DNA of 62,246 bases, the filler included. It is 4 parts of 4 records of this genome, joined end to end, with 100 filler letters (N's around TTAATTAATTAA, not from the genome) between each part and the next. Parts side by side here need not be neighbours in the genome. Positions count along the whole stretch, not along the records: positions 38,468 to 54,577 come from SRR31147125_4562; positions 54,678 to 62,246 come from SRR31147125_4594; 2 more parts are not named here. One strand, 5' to 3'. Made by a program: the position numbers and the translations under genes. The notes under the pieces were generated by a model. It was not told the DNA's origin. It searched no databases and was given only the letters and a program-made list of their open reading frames with translations. Shown piece after piece: positions 53,574 to 62,246 of the stretch; the first letter of the stretch is position 1; the number at the start of each line of letters is the position of its first letter.

Positions 53574-53873
53574 ATGATTGAAAGGATAAACGTATTTGCA
53601 GGAAATAGAACTGAACTGATCAGAAGCGATCAATACAAACTTATGCAGAAAGTGTATGATGCTATCAAGCATTATTATGACAATCTCTACAAGACAAGAC
53701 CGTGCTACAAATATCCGCTTAATTTGTACAGGCTCATGCTCCTAACTAAGCTTGACCATAGGACTATCAGGGCAGCTCTTCACTTGCTTGAATCCACGAT
53801 TCCTGCCACTGTCCAAAAAAGATTACGACAAGCCTCTGATATATATTTCGCAGAGGCAAAGCAAAAAGAATAA
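53574..53873 (+). CDS. Small basic protein, possible winged HTH
   Basis: LNLYRLMLLTKLDHRTIRAALHLLE resembles an HTH. Confidence 0.55.
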   Translation: MIERINVFAGNRTELIRSDQYKLMQKVYDAIKHYYDNLYKTRPCYKYPLNLYRLMLLTKLDHRTIRAALHLLESTIPATVQKRLRQASDIYFAEAKQKE

Positions 53874-53990
53874 ATCCCACGTTGCGTTGCAGATTTTTTT
53901 AACAAAGCAATAGTGGGGATGTACATATATAAGATATATATGTGCGTGTATGTTTTGAGATTTGATAAGAAATTTTAAATTTTTAATAAA

Positions 53991-54577
53991 ATGAAATCAG
54001 CATTATATGCTCGTGAGAGCAGCGATGATACGAATAAAGCCCCGCCGATTACCGGGCAGATCGAAGCCTACGAAGAATGGATTTCCACTGAAGGGCATCA
54101 AGACACTCACAGGTTTATTGATAACGGTTTTAGCGGCGGTGATTGGCGGCGTCCTGATTGGAACAGATGTGTGAGGGAAGCTAAAAGGCACAGCTTCCAG
54201 ATTCTTTGGGTCTGGGATCAGGATAGGCTTGCCAGGGACACCGAACAATTCCTGTATTTTTATCGGATGATGAAAAAAGGCCCTGTCAGAATATGGAGCC
54301 ATACAGATGGCGGTTTCATTGATATGGAAACATTGGGCGGTCGAGTGAAGCATACCTCCCTTGCACATGCCGCAGAGATCTTCAGATTAAACACAAGTGA
54401 AAAGGTCAAAAAGACCTATGAGCGAAAGAAACGCCAGGCCGACAAAAAAGGCGTGAAGCTTGTATGGGGCAGGCCTTCAAAAGAGCTTGATATTGAAAAA
54501 GTCATCGAATTCCGGAAATCCGGTCTCGGATATAGAGCGATTGCAAAAAAGCTTGGTGATGACGTTTCCTACCAAAA
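53991..54577 (+). CDS. Serine recombinase (resolvase/invertase type) with a C-terminal HTH, truncated by the contig end
   Basis: LYARESS catalytic Ser; D.GFSG...RP; DRLAR; GRP then GLGYRAIAKKLG. Confidence 0.9.
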
Positions 54578-54677
54578 NNNNNNNNNNNNNNNNNNNNNNN
54601 NNNNNNNNNNNNNNNNNNNNNTTAATTAATTAANNNNNNNNNNNNNNNNNNNNNNNNNNNNNNNNNNNNNNNNNNNN
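54578..54677. other. Artificial contig linker
   Basis: N44-TTAATTAATTAA-N44. Confidence 0.98.
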
Positions 54678-55329
54678 GACCAGTTACAGAGTTGCTGTAA
54701 TCTAAATCTTTCATAATAATTTTAACATTATTTTTATCGTATAGTAGTTTTCCAGAATCATCATATGTTTGAACATAATTACTGTTTGTATTTAATGTTA
54801 CTAAGTCAGTTATTAATATATCATCGTATGATTCTGGATGAAAAACTTTGAATTTTAATTGAATTTGTGAGATTTCTTCAATGTTAGCAAGTTCTAGGTC
54901 GCTTTTATCCAAATACATTGGATCAGTTATGCTATCTCCTGATTTTACATCACTTGAAAATGATCCTTCTATCATATAACCATTAATGGAACATTCCCTA
55001 ACTTGCACCCTAATATCTGTTTTAAAATTGCTTTCTATCTGAAATAATACTTGAGGACCACCATAACTGCCGTAATCAATTTTAATAGCTGTTATTTTAA
55101 TATCGTTTTCATCTACTACTACTTGGCTTTCAATGTTTGGTAAATCGCCGTAAATCGTATCATCAGTAGTATCATCTAATGATATTGATTCATCATATTC
55201 ATAATCGCTGTAGTCCGTAGTATAAGGTATACTGGCTGTATTAATGGCAAATAGTGTAACTGTAGATAAAATCAGTATTGCAGATACTAGTTCTGAACTA
55301 TAGAGTTTCGTAATAAATTTTCTCATCAT
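54678..55329 (-). CDS. Exported acidic hypothetical protein, 3'-truncated
   Basis: AAGGAG SD; N-terminal TM; repeated beta-rich (V/L).D.N.(I/V)KI module. Confidence 0.7.
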
Positions 55330-55460
55330 ATCTCCTTGTATTTATTATATTTCTATATTTTATACTTGGATAATTATATCATAACTAGTATGGATTATCA
55401 AAATATTGGTATGTGCAGGGGTAATGTGTTATACGTGATTAAAATAATATTATAACATTG

Positions 55461-56276
55461 TCAGAGGATACTCTTTACCCAGTCTCGTCCAGTAAAAATA
55501 TACTCCATGCCATATCCCATATGAGGGGTATGCTCCAACACAAAATATATATCATCAAGCTTAGCTAAGTATCTTATTATATGTTCAATTTTATGATGCC
55601 CGTCATTTTCATCATCAGGGTGGACAGGCTTCCAGAAATAATCATCCGTAGTATAGTCAACATTATGAAGATGAACAACTTTTATAAAATTTTTCCACTT
55701 TTTAATGTGCTCCATGATTTTATCATCGTCAACTGCCATTACATAGTCACCTATATCTATGCAAATTTTCAAATTATACTTTCTCCATATATCAACGGGA
55801 AATTGATGAAGATATCTAATACCCCAAGGAGAGCAGTTATCCCCAAGTTTTGGTTCGCATACTATATCAATTTTATATTTATTCTGTATTCTGCTTAACT
55901 TTTCTAAGCCCACCTCAATTAGTGAGTTTGTATCATTATCGCATGTATTTAAAAAGAAGGGAAAGTGTGTAAGTAAATATTTAGCACCTAACTTTTTTAG
56001 CTCTTTAGCTTCCTTTTCTATTTGTTTGATGGCTTTTTCTGGAGAGTAGTCGATATGCTCTATAATATCGTACTTACTTTCACCTCTTATTATGGGGGAG
56101 TGTATACCGAAAGTTGCTAGTGAGTGATTAAGCATAGTTAAGAAAAGTTTAAAATCTCTCTTGTTATCAAACTCACCAATCTCTATATGTTCTAGTTTAT
56201 ATTCAAATAAATCTTTGAATTTCTCTCTGCTAGATAGTATTGTGCTCCCCGATACTCCTAGTATATTCATTCGCAC
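55461..56276 (-). CDS. Sugar-phosphate isomerase/epimerase-like TIM-barrel protein
   Basis: GIHSP, YLLTHFP, IVCE, CIDIG, VVHLHN and VLEH metal-ligand pattern. Confidence 0.75.
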   Translation of the reverse strand: MRMNILGVSGSTILSSREKFKDLFEYKLEHIEIGEFDNKRDFKLFLTMLNHSLATFGIHSPIIRGESKYDIIEHIDYSPEKAIKQIEKEAKELKKLGAKYLLTHFPFFLNTCDNDTNSLIEVGLEKLSRIQNKYKIDIVCEPKLGDNCSPWGIRYLHQFPVDIWRKYNLKICIDIGDYVMAVDDDKIMEHIKKWKNFIKVVHLHNVDYTTDDYFWKPVHPDDENDGHHKIEHIIRYLAKLDDIYFVLEHTPHMGYGMEYIFTGRDWVKSIL

Positions 56277-56670
56277 CTCAATGTTTTAACACGGTTATAT
56301 TTTGCGTTTACAAGCGCATTTTAACTACATACAGTAAAGGATGTGGTTGAAAAAGTTTTTTATTAGTACTTTAGCATTATAGCATAATATATTTATAGCA
56401 CAATAAATATATCAGTATTTTCCATGTTAGATTGGACAAAGTACTAAATAGATGATAATATTATTATAAGTTGAAAATATGCAAGTTATAGCTTATGTAG
56501 GCTATTTTGCATTTATTTCAAATGGTACACATAAAATAATATTCAATTTTTATAATAAGATATACAATTTGTAATATATTTAGCAATATAGATTTAATTA
56601 TCAAAGATTAATAGGCAAAATAACTTTAACAAAGTCACATAATCAACGCAATGCATAAAAAGGAGAAAAT

Positions 56671-58863
56671 GTGAGTAAAACAATTTTTATTTCAAATCGA
56701 TTACCAGTAACTATTAGAAAGAAAAATAATAAATTTGAGTATGAAAAAAGTATTGGAGGGCTTGCTACTGGACTAAAGAGTTATCATGAGCAAACTGACA
56801 GTATATGGATCGGGTGGCCTGGCATTCCAAGTGAAAACTTAAATAAAAATGATAAAACTAAATTAAAAAAGGAGCTAAAAAATAAATATAATTGTCTTCC
56901 AGTATTTATGTCCGAAAATGAGGTAGACGATTTTTATTATGGATTTTGCAATAAGACAATCTGGCCGCTATTTCACTATTTTATAAATAAGACAGAATAT
57001 AATAAAAATCAATGGGGCGCATACAAAAAGATAAACAAAAAGTTTTATAATGCAGCAAAATCAATTATTGAAGAAGATGATATTATATGGATACATGATT
57101 ATCAATTAATGCTATTACCTGAGATTATTAAAACAAAATTTTCTAAAACAAAGATAGGCTTTTTTCTGCATATACCTTTCCCATCTTTTGAAATTTTCCG
57201 TCTTATGGTGTGGCGAGATGAAATACTAACAGGTTTATTGGGATCTGATCTGATAGGATTCCATACATATGACTATGTACGCCATTTTTTAAGCAGCGTA
57301 CGTCGTCTGCTAAGATATGAACATAATTTAAATAGAATAACTTATGAAGATAGATTTGTTCAAGTTGATGCTTTTCCTATGGGAATTGATTACGATAGAT
57401 TTGCAAAGGACTATCAAAATCCGCATTTTAAACTTGAGGAAGAATCAATTTTAGATAGCACCAAAGGAGAGCAAATGATTCTTTCCATTGATAGGCTTGA
57501 CTATACAAAAGGCATACCAGAGAGGATAAAAGCCTTTGATACTTTTTTAAAAAAATATCCTGAGTATATTGGTAAAGTTCGTCTTCATCTGATAGTTGCC
57601 CCTTCTCGTGTAGAGGTGGATACATACGAAACTTTAAGAAGCGAAATTGCAGAGCTTGTTAGTAATGTTAATGGTAAATACGCAACAATGGGATGGATGC
57701 CAATATGGTATTATTTCCAATCTTTTTCTCAAGAGAGCTTAATTGCTCTTTATAAACATGCTGATGTATTGCTTGTTACCCCATTGCGTGATGGAATGAA
57801 TTTAGTATCTAAAGAGTACATAGCAGCAAGAAATGATATGGAAGGTATGGTTGTAATTAGCGAGACTGCAGGTGCAGCAAGTGAAATTGGTGAAGTTGTG
57901 GTGGTTAATGCAAATGATACAAATGCAATTGCCAGAGGAATAAAAACAGCACTTACTATGTCACCTAAAGAAAAGAAAGCTATTAACAAAATACTACACA
58001 AACGATTAAAACGCTATAATGTAAACTTTTGGGCAGATCAGTTTATCTCATCGCTTAATGAAACAGCAAAACTATCTGAACAAGCGGTAACAAAAAGCAT
58101 CGAAAAGAATGATAGTGTTATTTTAAATGCCTATAAAAAATCCAAGAAAAGAATAATTTTCTTAGATTATGACGGTACTTTAGTTGGATTTAAATCCATC
58201 CCAATGCAGGCAACACCTGATGATGAACTTAAAAAGCTACTTAAAAAGCTGACAGATGATAATAAAAATACAGTTATTATTATCTCAGGCAGAGATCGTT
58301 ATACATTGGATAAATGGCTAGGCGATCAAAAAATACATATGTTTGCAACTCATGGAGTATGGTGGCGAGAAGCAGATGGGGAATGGATAATGACAGCTAA
58401 TTTGGACAATAGCTGGAAAGAGTCTGTATATAGTGTAATGCAGATGTATTCTGACCGTATGCCAGGAGCGCTGATTGAAGAAAAGGATTATTCTTTGGCG
58501 TTTCATTATCGTCAATGCGAGCCTGATATGGTATCAATTAAAATATGGGAGATTCGTGCTGCACTAAACAACATGATTCAAACCATGAACCTAAGCATAT
58601 TGGATGGTAACAAGGTATTGGAAGTAAAGGATAATAGGGTGAATAAAGGACAAAGCGTATCCAATTTTATTCATAATTCAGAATATGACTTTATGCTATC
58701 ATTGGGCGATGATCATACTGATGAGGATTTGTTTGCTGCTATGCCAGAAGATGCTTTTTCTATAAAGGTAGGTATGGGTACAACCCATGCAAAATATCGT
58801 TTAAAGTCTTCAAATTCAGTACGTGAATTGATTAAAAAAATGATTAAAGAAGGAAAGAATTAG
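56671..58863 (+). CDS. otsA: Bifunctional trehalose-6-phosphate synthase/phosphatase (GT20-HAD fusion)
   Basis: SNRLP, GGLATG, IWIHDYQL, FLHIPFP, DRLDYTKG and DGMNLV; then FLDYDGTL, ISGR and GDDHTDED. Confidence 0.95.
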   Translation: MSKTIFISNRLPVTIRKKNNKFEYEKSIGGLATGLKSYHEQTDSIWIGWPGIPSENLNKNDKTKLKKELKNKYNCLPVFMSENEVDDFYYGFCNKTIWPLFHYFINKTEYNKNQWGAYKKINKKFYNAAKSIIEEDDIIWIHDYQLMLLPEIIKTKFSKTKIGFFLHIPFPSFEIFRLMVWRDEILTGLLGSDLIGFHTYDYVRHFLSSVRRLLRYEHNLNRITYEDRFVQVDAFPMGIDYDRFAKDYQNPHFKLEEESILDSTKGEQMILSIDRLDYTKGIPERIKAFDTFLKKYPEYIGKVRLHLIVAPSRVEVDTYETLRSEIAELVSNVNGKYATMGWMPIWYYFQSFSQESLIALYKHADVLLVTPLRDGMNLVSKEYIAARNDMEGMVVISETAGAASEIGEVVVVNANDTNAIARGIKTALTMSPKEKKAINKILHKRLKRYNVNFWADQFISSLNETAKLSEQAVTKSIEKNDSVILNAYKKSKKRIIFLDYDGTLVGFKSIPMQATPDDELKKLLKKLTDDNKNTVIIISGRDRYTLDKWLGDQKIHMFATHGVWWREADGEWIMTANLDNSWKESVYSVMQMYSDRMPGALIEEKDYSLAFHYRQCEPDMVSIKIWEIRAALNNMIQTMNLSILDGNKVLEVKDNRVNKGQSVSNFIHNSEYDFMLSLGDDHTDEDLFAAMPEDAFSIKVGMGTTHAKYRLKSSNSVRELIKKMIKEGKN

Positions 58864-59287
58864 AATATAATAAATATATGTAAGCTGTAATTTTTGCAAT
58901 ACCTTTTCTAAGATATTTTTTCTTGCTAATATCTACTAAATTATATACTATATTATCAAGGGTGAGAAGGATATGATTAGCTTTGACAAACTAATTAAAC
59001 AAGAAAGCGTGCTATTGAAAGCTAGTGATTTTTGATATTTAATTTTGTAAATATTATCATTTATATAGGAGTTATATTGTTTCCAACACTTTTTATATTA
59101 GTTTAGTTGCAGCTAAAAAGGAGACTAAGAGTTGATATGAAACAAGGCTAAATCACTGTTGATTTAGATATTTATTTTTCTATAATTTCTATTATATACA
59201 CAGTAATAGCATTAGCAATATCTATATTAGCAAACTTAATATTGCACACTTACAGCCTAAAACTTTATATTAATCAAAAGAAAAAAT

Positions 59288-60148
59288 ATGAGGAAGAAAA
59301 AAATCAATTTAAATAGAGGAGATAGCATGATTAAAAAAACAATTAAAACATTAAATGAAAACCCTAAGATTTTATTATTGTATGCAATACCGTTTTTGTA
59401 TATATTGATAAGAACTTTTTTGGTAAGGAGTTCAGTTTTATCGGATGTAACTTTTGCGGAGTTTATACAATCAGGCGGTGCCTATAGTGAGCCTAGTATG
59501 TATATTTCATGGATAATAGGTGTCTTATATTATATAGGATGGGGAATATTTTTATATCCACCCGTTCTATATTTGATTTACTTAGTAGTTGATAATAAAA
59601 AGCAAGAGGGTTGGTATAAATGCGGATTAAAGGGTTATTGGTGGAGAAATTTTGTACTGGCACTAATATTTATGGCTGCTATGATGGCTATTGTTGTACC
59701 GTTATCTATTATTGCGGGTATTGTTATTGCAATATCACGCTCAATGCAACTGCTATATATTATTATTGCAGTTGAGGCAATCATCATTTTAGCGATTTTA
59801 GTATTTATGTATATTGGGATTTCTGCAGTATTTGCGGAAAAAAGCTTTGGTAAAGGGTTAGGAAACATGTTTAAAGTCGGCGTTAAGTATTTCTTTAAAG
59901 TTTTACCAATTACATTGATTGCAATGATACCTACCGGTTTAGTAGCTGGAGACATGGTTGGTAACTCAGTAAGAGAGATAAGTGATATACAAACAATTAT
60001 ACTAAGTTTATGGGGAGTAGTTACTGGTGTCTTTATTAGCACATACTGCATGCACTGTTATGTTGAAGAAAAGAATAAACAACAAGCTTTGTTGGGATCA
60101 AATCAAGAAGTGAATTCAAATGAAGCTCCTACTGAAACGAAGTATTAA
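59288..60148 (+). CDS. Multi-pass membrane hypothetical protein (likely start ATG 59327)
   Basis: About 6 hydrophobic helices; AGGAGA SD before the second Met. Confidence 0.7.
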   Translation: MRKKKINLNRGDSMIKKTIKTLNENPKILLLYAIPFLYILIRTFLVRSSVLSDVTFAEFIQSGGAYSEPSMYISWIIGVLYYIGWGIFLYPPVLYLIYLVVDNKKQEGWYKCGLKGYWWRNFVLALIFMAAMMAIVVPLSIIAGIVIAISRSMQLLYIIIAVEAIIILAILVFMYIGISAVFAEKSFGKGLGNMFKVGVKYFFKVLPITLIAMIPTGLVAGDMVGNSVREISDIQTIILSLWGVVTGVFISTYCMHCYVEEKNKQQALLGSNQEVNSNEAPTETKY

Positions 60149-60231
60149 TTAATAGCATATAAACCTATTTATAAGCAATAATAAATAAACCTTATAATAT
60201 ATACTAAGAAAAATTATTTGTATTTTCTCGT

Positions 60232-60265
60232 AAAATCCTCTGCAAGATTTACTGCAGAGGGTTTT
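60232..60265. terminator. Intrinsic terminator
   Basis: AAAATCCTCTGCA...TGCAGAGGGTTTT. Confidence 0.7.
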
Positions 60266-60416
60266 CACATATAACAAGCATTTCCTATCTTCTTTTGGTA
60301 ACAATAATACCAAGGAGCTAAGTCTGAATAAATTTCAGACCAATCCACATATAGGCAGAATGGAATAGAAGCGATGAAATCCTTTTATGACTGTTTGTGG
60401 CTTTTAAAAGGAGTGT

Positions 60417-62054
60417 ATGAAAACAATGCAAACAAAAAACTTATCCTACTGGGTAAAAAGCGTAAAGCAGAATGAATTTAGCAAGTTAGAAAAAGATATT
60501 GATATAGATGTAGCTATAATAGGGGGTGGTATAACTGGATTAACTACAGCTCTTTTGCTAGCGGAGCAAGGTGTAAAAGCAACAGTCTTTGAAGCTAACC
60601 AATTAGGTCATGGAGCAACAGGATATACAACTGCTAAAGTAACATGCCAACACGGCTTAATATACAGCCAGCTCATAGAAAGTATAGATGAAGATACTGC
60701 AAGGATATATGCTGATGTAAATAAGCAAGCCCTTGAAAACATAAGCAGAGTAATCCATGAATACAGCATAGATTGTGATTTGAAAACTACATCTGCAAAT
60801 GTGTATGCAGGCAAAAAAGAAAGCGTTGAAAAGCTGCAAAGAGAATTTGTTGCGGCCAAAGCATTGGGGTTTGATGTAGCGTTTGATAATGATGTGTCTC
60901 TTCCGTTTAAGGCGTATGCCAACTTAAGATTTGAAAATCAACTAATGTTTCACCCTATAAAATATATTAATGGGATAACAAAAGCCATAAGAGATAAGGC
61001 AGTACAAATACATGAACATACCAGAATTACAAACATTGAAAAAAAAGATTACTATGAGCTGACTACTAGCGAAGGTCATAAGATAAATGCAGAAAAAGTT
61101 ATTATATCAACCAAATACCCAATACTAAACAAGAAAAAACTAATGTTTACTAAGCTTTTTGTACAGCGTTCTTATGTGGTAGCTGCAGTAATGCCCAACT
61201 TTAGAATTAATGGATACTACATAAACGCAGAAGATAAAGTCAGGTCAATACGGCAGTACAATCAAGCAGAGGAAAGACTTGTTTTAATAGCCGGAGCCAA
61301 CCACGAAGCAGGAGATTGTGAGAATGCACAGCAATCCTATTTAAAGCTAATAAAGTTTGCAAATGAGCTTGATGACGATACACAAATTAAGTATAAATGG
61401 TCTACACAAGACTGCATGACAGTTGATAAAATGCCATATATAGGTCAAGTATCAGACGATATGAAGGGAGTTTATGCAGCCACAGGGTTTAACAAATGGG
61501 GAATGACACAGAGTATGGTAGCTGCAATGGTGCTATCTGGTGCAATCGCAGACACATCTAAGAAATGGCATAACATATTTAAGTTAGATAGAAAGATAAA
61601 TAAAGATGCAGCAAAAGAAATAGTTAAAAAAGGTGCTAATGTAGCAGGAGATTACATTAGAACAATACTACCTGTAAAATCATCTAATCTAGCGGATATA
61701 GGAACAGAGGTGGGCAGTATTGTATCAAATACAGCAAAAGATATAATTAAAATAGGTGATGATTCTACAGGAAATTATAGTAAAGCAGTATTACCCCTAG
61801 ACTCATCCTATCTAGATAAAATAGAGACAGGGGTGGGCAGAATTATAAAGGTAGATGGTGACGTAGTAGGTGCCTACAGAGATGAAACAGGAGATGTGTT
61901 TACAATTATACCTAAATGTCCTCATTTAGGGTGCAGACTAGAGTTTAATCAAGCAGAGAGAACATGGGACTGTCCATGTCACGGCTCTAGGTTTACATAC
62001 AAAGGAGATATAATTGAATCACCTGCGGTAAGTAAATTAGACATTAAAAACTAA
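60417..62054 (+). CDS. FAD-dependent oxidoreductase (DAO/DadA family) with a C-terminal Rieske domain (YhfW-like)
   Basis: IIGGGITG, TGYTTAK, WSTQD...D.MPYIG and GFNKWG; Rieske CPHLGC and WDCPCHGSRF. Confidence 0.92.
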   Translation: MKTMQTKNLSYWVKSVKQNEFSKLEKDIDIDVAIIGGGITGLTTALLLAEQGVKATVFEANQLGHGATGYTTAKVTCQHGLIYSQLIESIDEDTARIYADVNKQALENISRVIHEYSIDCDLKTTSANVYAGKKESVEKLQREFVAAKALGFDVAFDNDVSLPFKAYANLRFENQLMFHPIKYINGITKAIRDKAVQIHEHTRITNIEKKDYYELTTSEGHKINAEKVIISTKYPILNKKKLMFTKLFVQRSYVVAAVMPNFRINGYYINAEDKVRSIRQYNQAEERLVLIAGANHEAGDCENAQQSYLKLIKFANELDDDTQIKYKWSTQDCMTVDKMPYIGQVSDDMKGVYAATGFNKWGMTQSMVAAMVLSGAIADTSKKWHNIFKLDRKINKDAAKEIVKKGANVAGDYIRTILPVKSSNLADIGTEVGSIVSNTAKDIIKIGDDSTGNYSKAVLPLDSSYLDKIETGVGRIIKVDGDVVGAYRDETGDVFTIIPKCPHLGCRLEFNQAERTWDCPCHGSRFTYKGDIIESPAVSKLDIKN

Positions 62055-62246
62055 AGATAAAAGGTGGGCAGATGGGAAAGAAAAGTAGAATATTTAATCC
62101 TGAATTATTTCAAGGGAAAAGAAAAAAACGTGACTATTTTGAGGGCTGGTATTTTAAACATTCCACAAAGGATATGAGCACGAATTTCAGTATTATACCA
62201 GGTGTAAATTACGATGGTAAAACCAAGAATGCTTTTATCCAAATCA

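Larger units (their letters stand above)
41210..54577. mobile_element. Virus/plasmid-like element with archaeal expression signals (right end not in the contig)
   Basis: Dense short translationally coupled ORFs, Zn fingers, RHH protein, divergent BRE-TATA promoters, GAGGTG SDs, membrane cluster + P-loop ATPase + serine recombinase; no housekeeping genes. Confidence 0.7.

Noticed and set aside
9163-58863. A coordinated osmoprotection system (glucosylglycerate plus trehalose)
   Set aside because: The genes lie on different contigs from apparently different organisms
176-60922. Numerous short antisense or nested ORFs in the ORF track
   Set aside because: They shadow well-supported genes and have no motifs or ribosome-binding sites
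1-62246. CRISPR array, cas genes or rRNA
   Set aside because: No regularly spaced repeat-spacer array, cas motifs or rRNA sequence seen; GATCACCTCCC near 45786-45796 is just the complement of a strong SD

Overview
The window is four unrelated contigs joined by three identical 100-bp artificial linkers (N44-TTAATTAATTAA-N44 at 12224-12323, 38368-38467 and 54578-54677). Taxonomic labels below are inferred from gene style, not from database searches. Contig 1 (1-12223) looks like Desulfuromonadia/deltaproteobacterial DNA. It has a sigma-54 response regulator, hybrid PAS/GAF kinases, a periplasmic-binding-protein-like gene, and a phosphatase/synthase pair for glucosylglycerate-type compatible solute synthesis. 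Contig 2 (12324-38367) looks FCB-group (KSB1/Calditrichota/Ignavibacteria style). It carries a beta-mannan utilisation locus without a SusD: TonB receptor, secreted proteins with C-terminal sorting domains, LacI with two identical operators, GH130 phosphorylase, cellobiose/mannobiose 2-epimerase, GH5 and a Na+:solute symporter. It also has an S8 protease, a GH38 and a possibly decaying glpK-permease pair. Contig 3 (38468-54577) is the most unusual. Two bacterial-type genes abut a ~13 kb virus/plasmid-like element with archaeal signatures: BRE-TATA promoters, GAGGTG(A) SDs, a ribbon-helix-helix (RHH) repressor with an operator, small Zn-finger genes, a membrane/coiled-coil cluster, a HerA/FtsK/VirB4-class ATPase and a serine recombinase. 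The same element carries bacterial-type pieces: an intact IS3 with a clean 3-bp target duplication inside a Zn-finger gene, a 3' tRNA-Arg(TCG) fragment with a terminator and an IHF site, and a sigma70-type structured-RNA unit. Several of its genes appear to start at ATH codons, and three share a hairpin-SD module. Contig 4 (54678-62246) is AT-rich and Clostridia-like, with a fused trehalose-6-P synthase/phosphatase, a TIM-barrel protein, a membrane protein and an FAD/Rieske oxidoreductase with an internal duplication. Many apparent gene splits in contigs 1-3 fall in homopolymer runs and are most likely sequencing indels.
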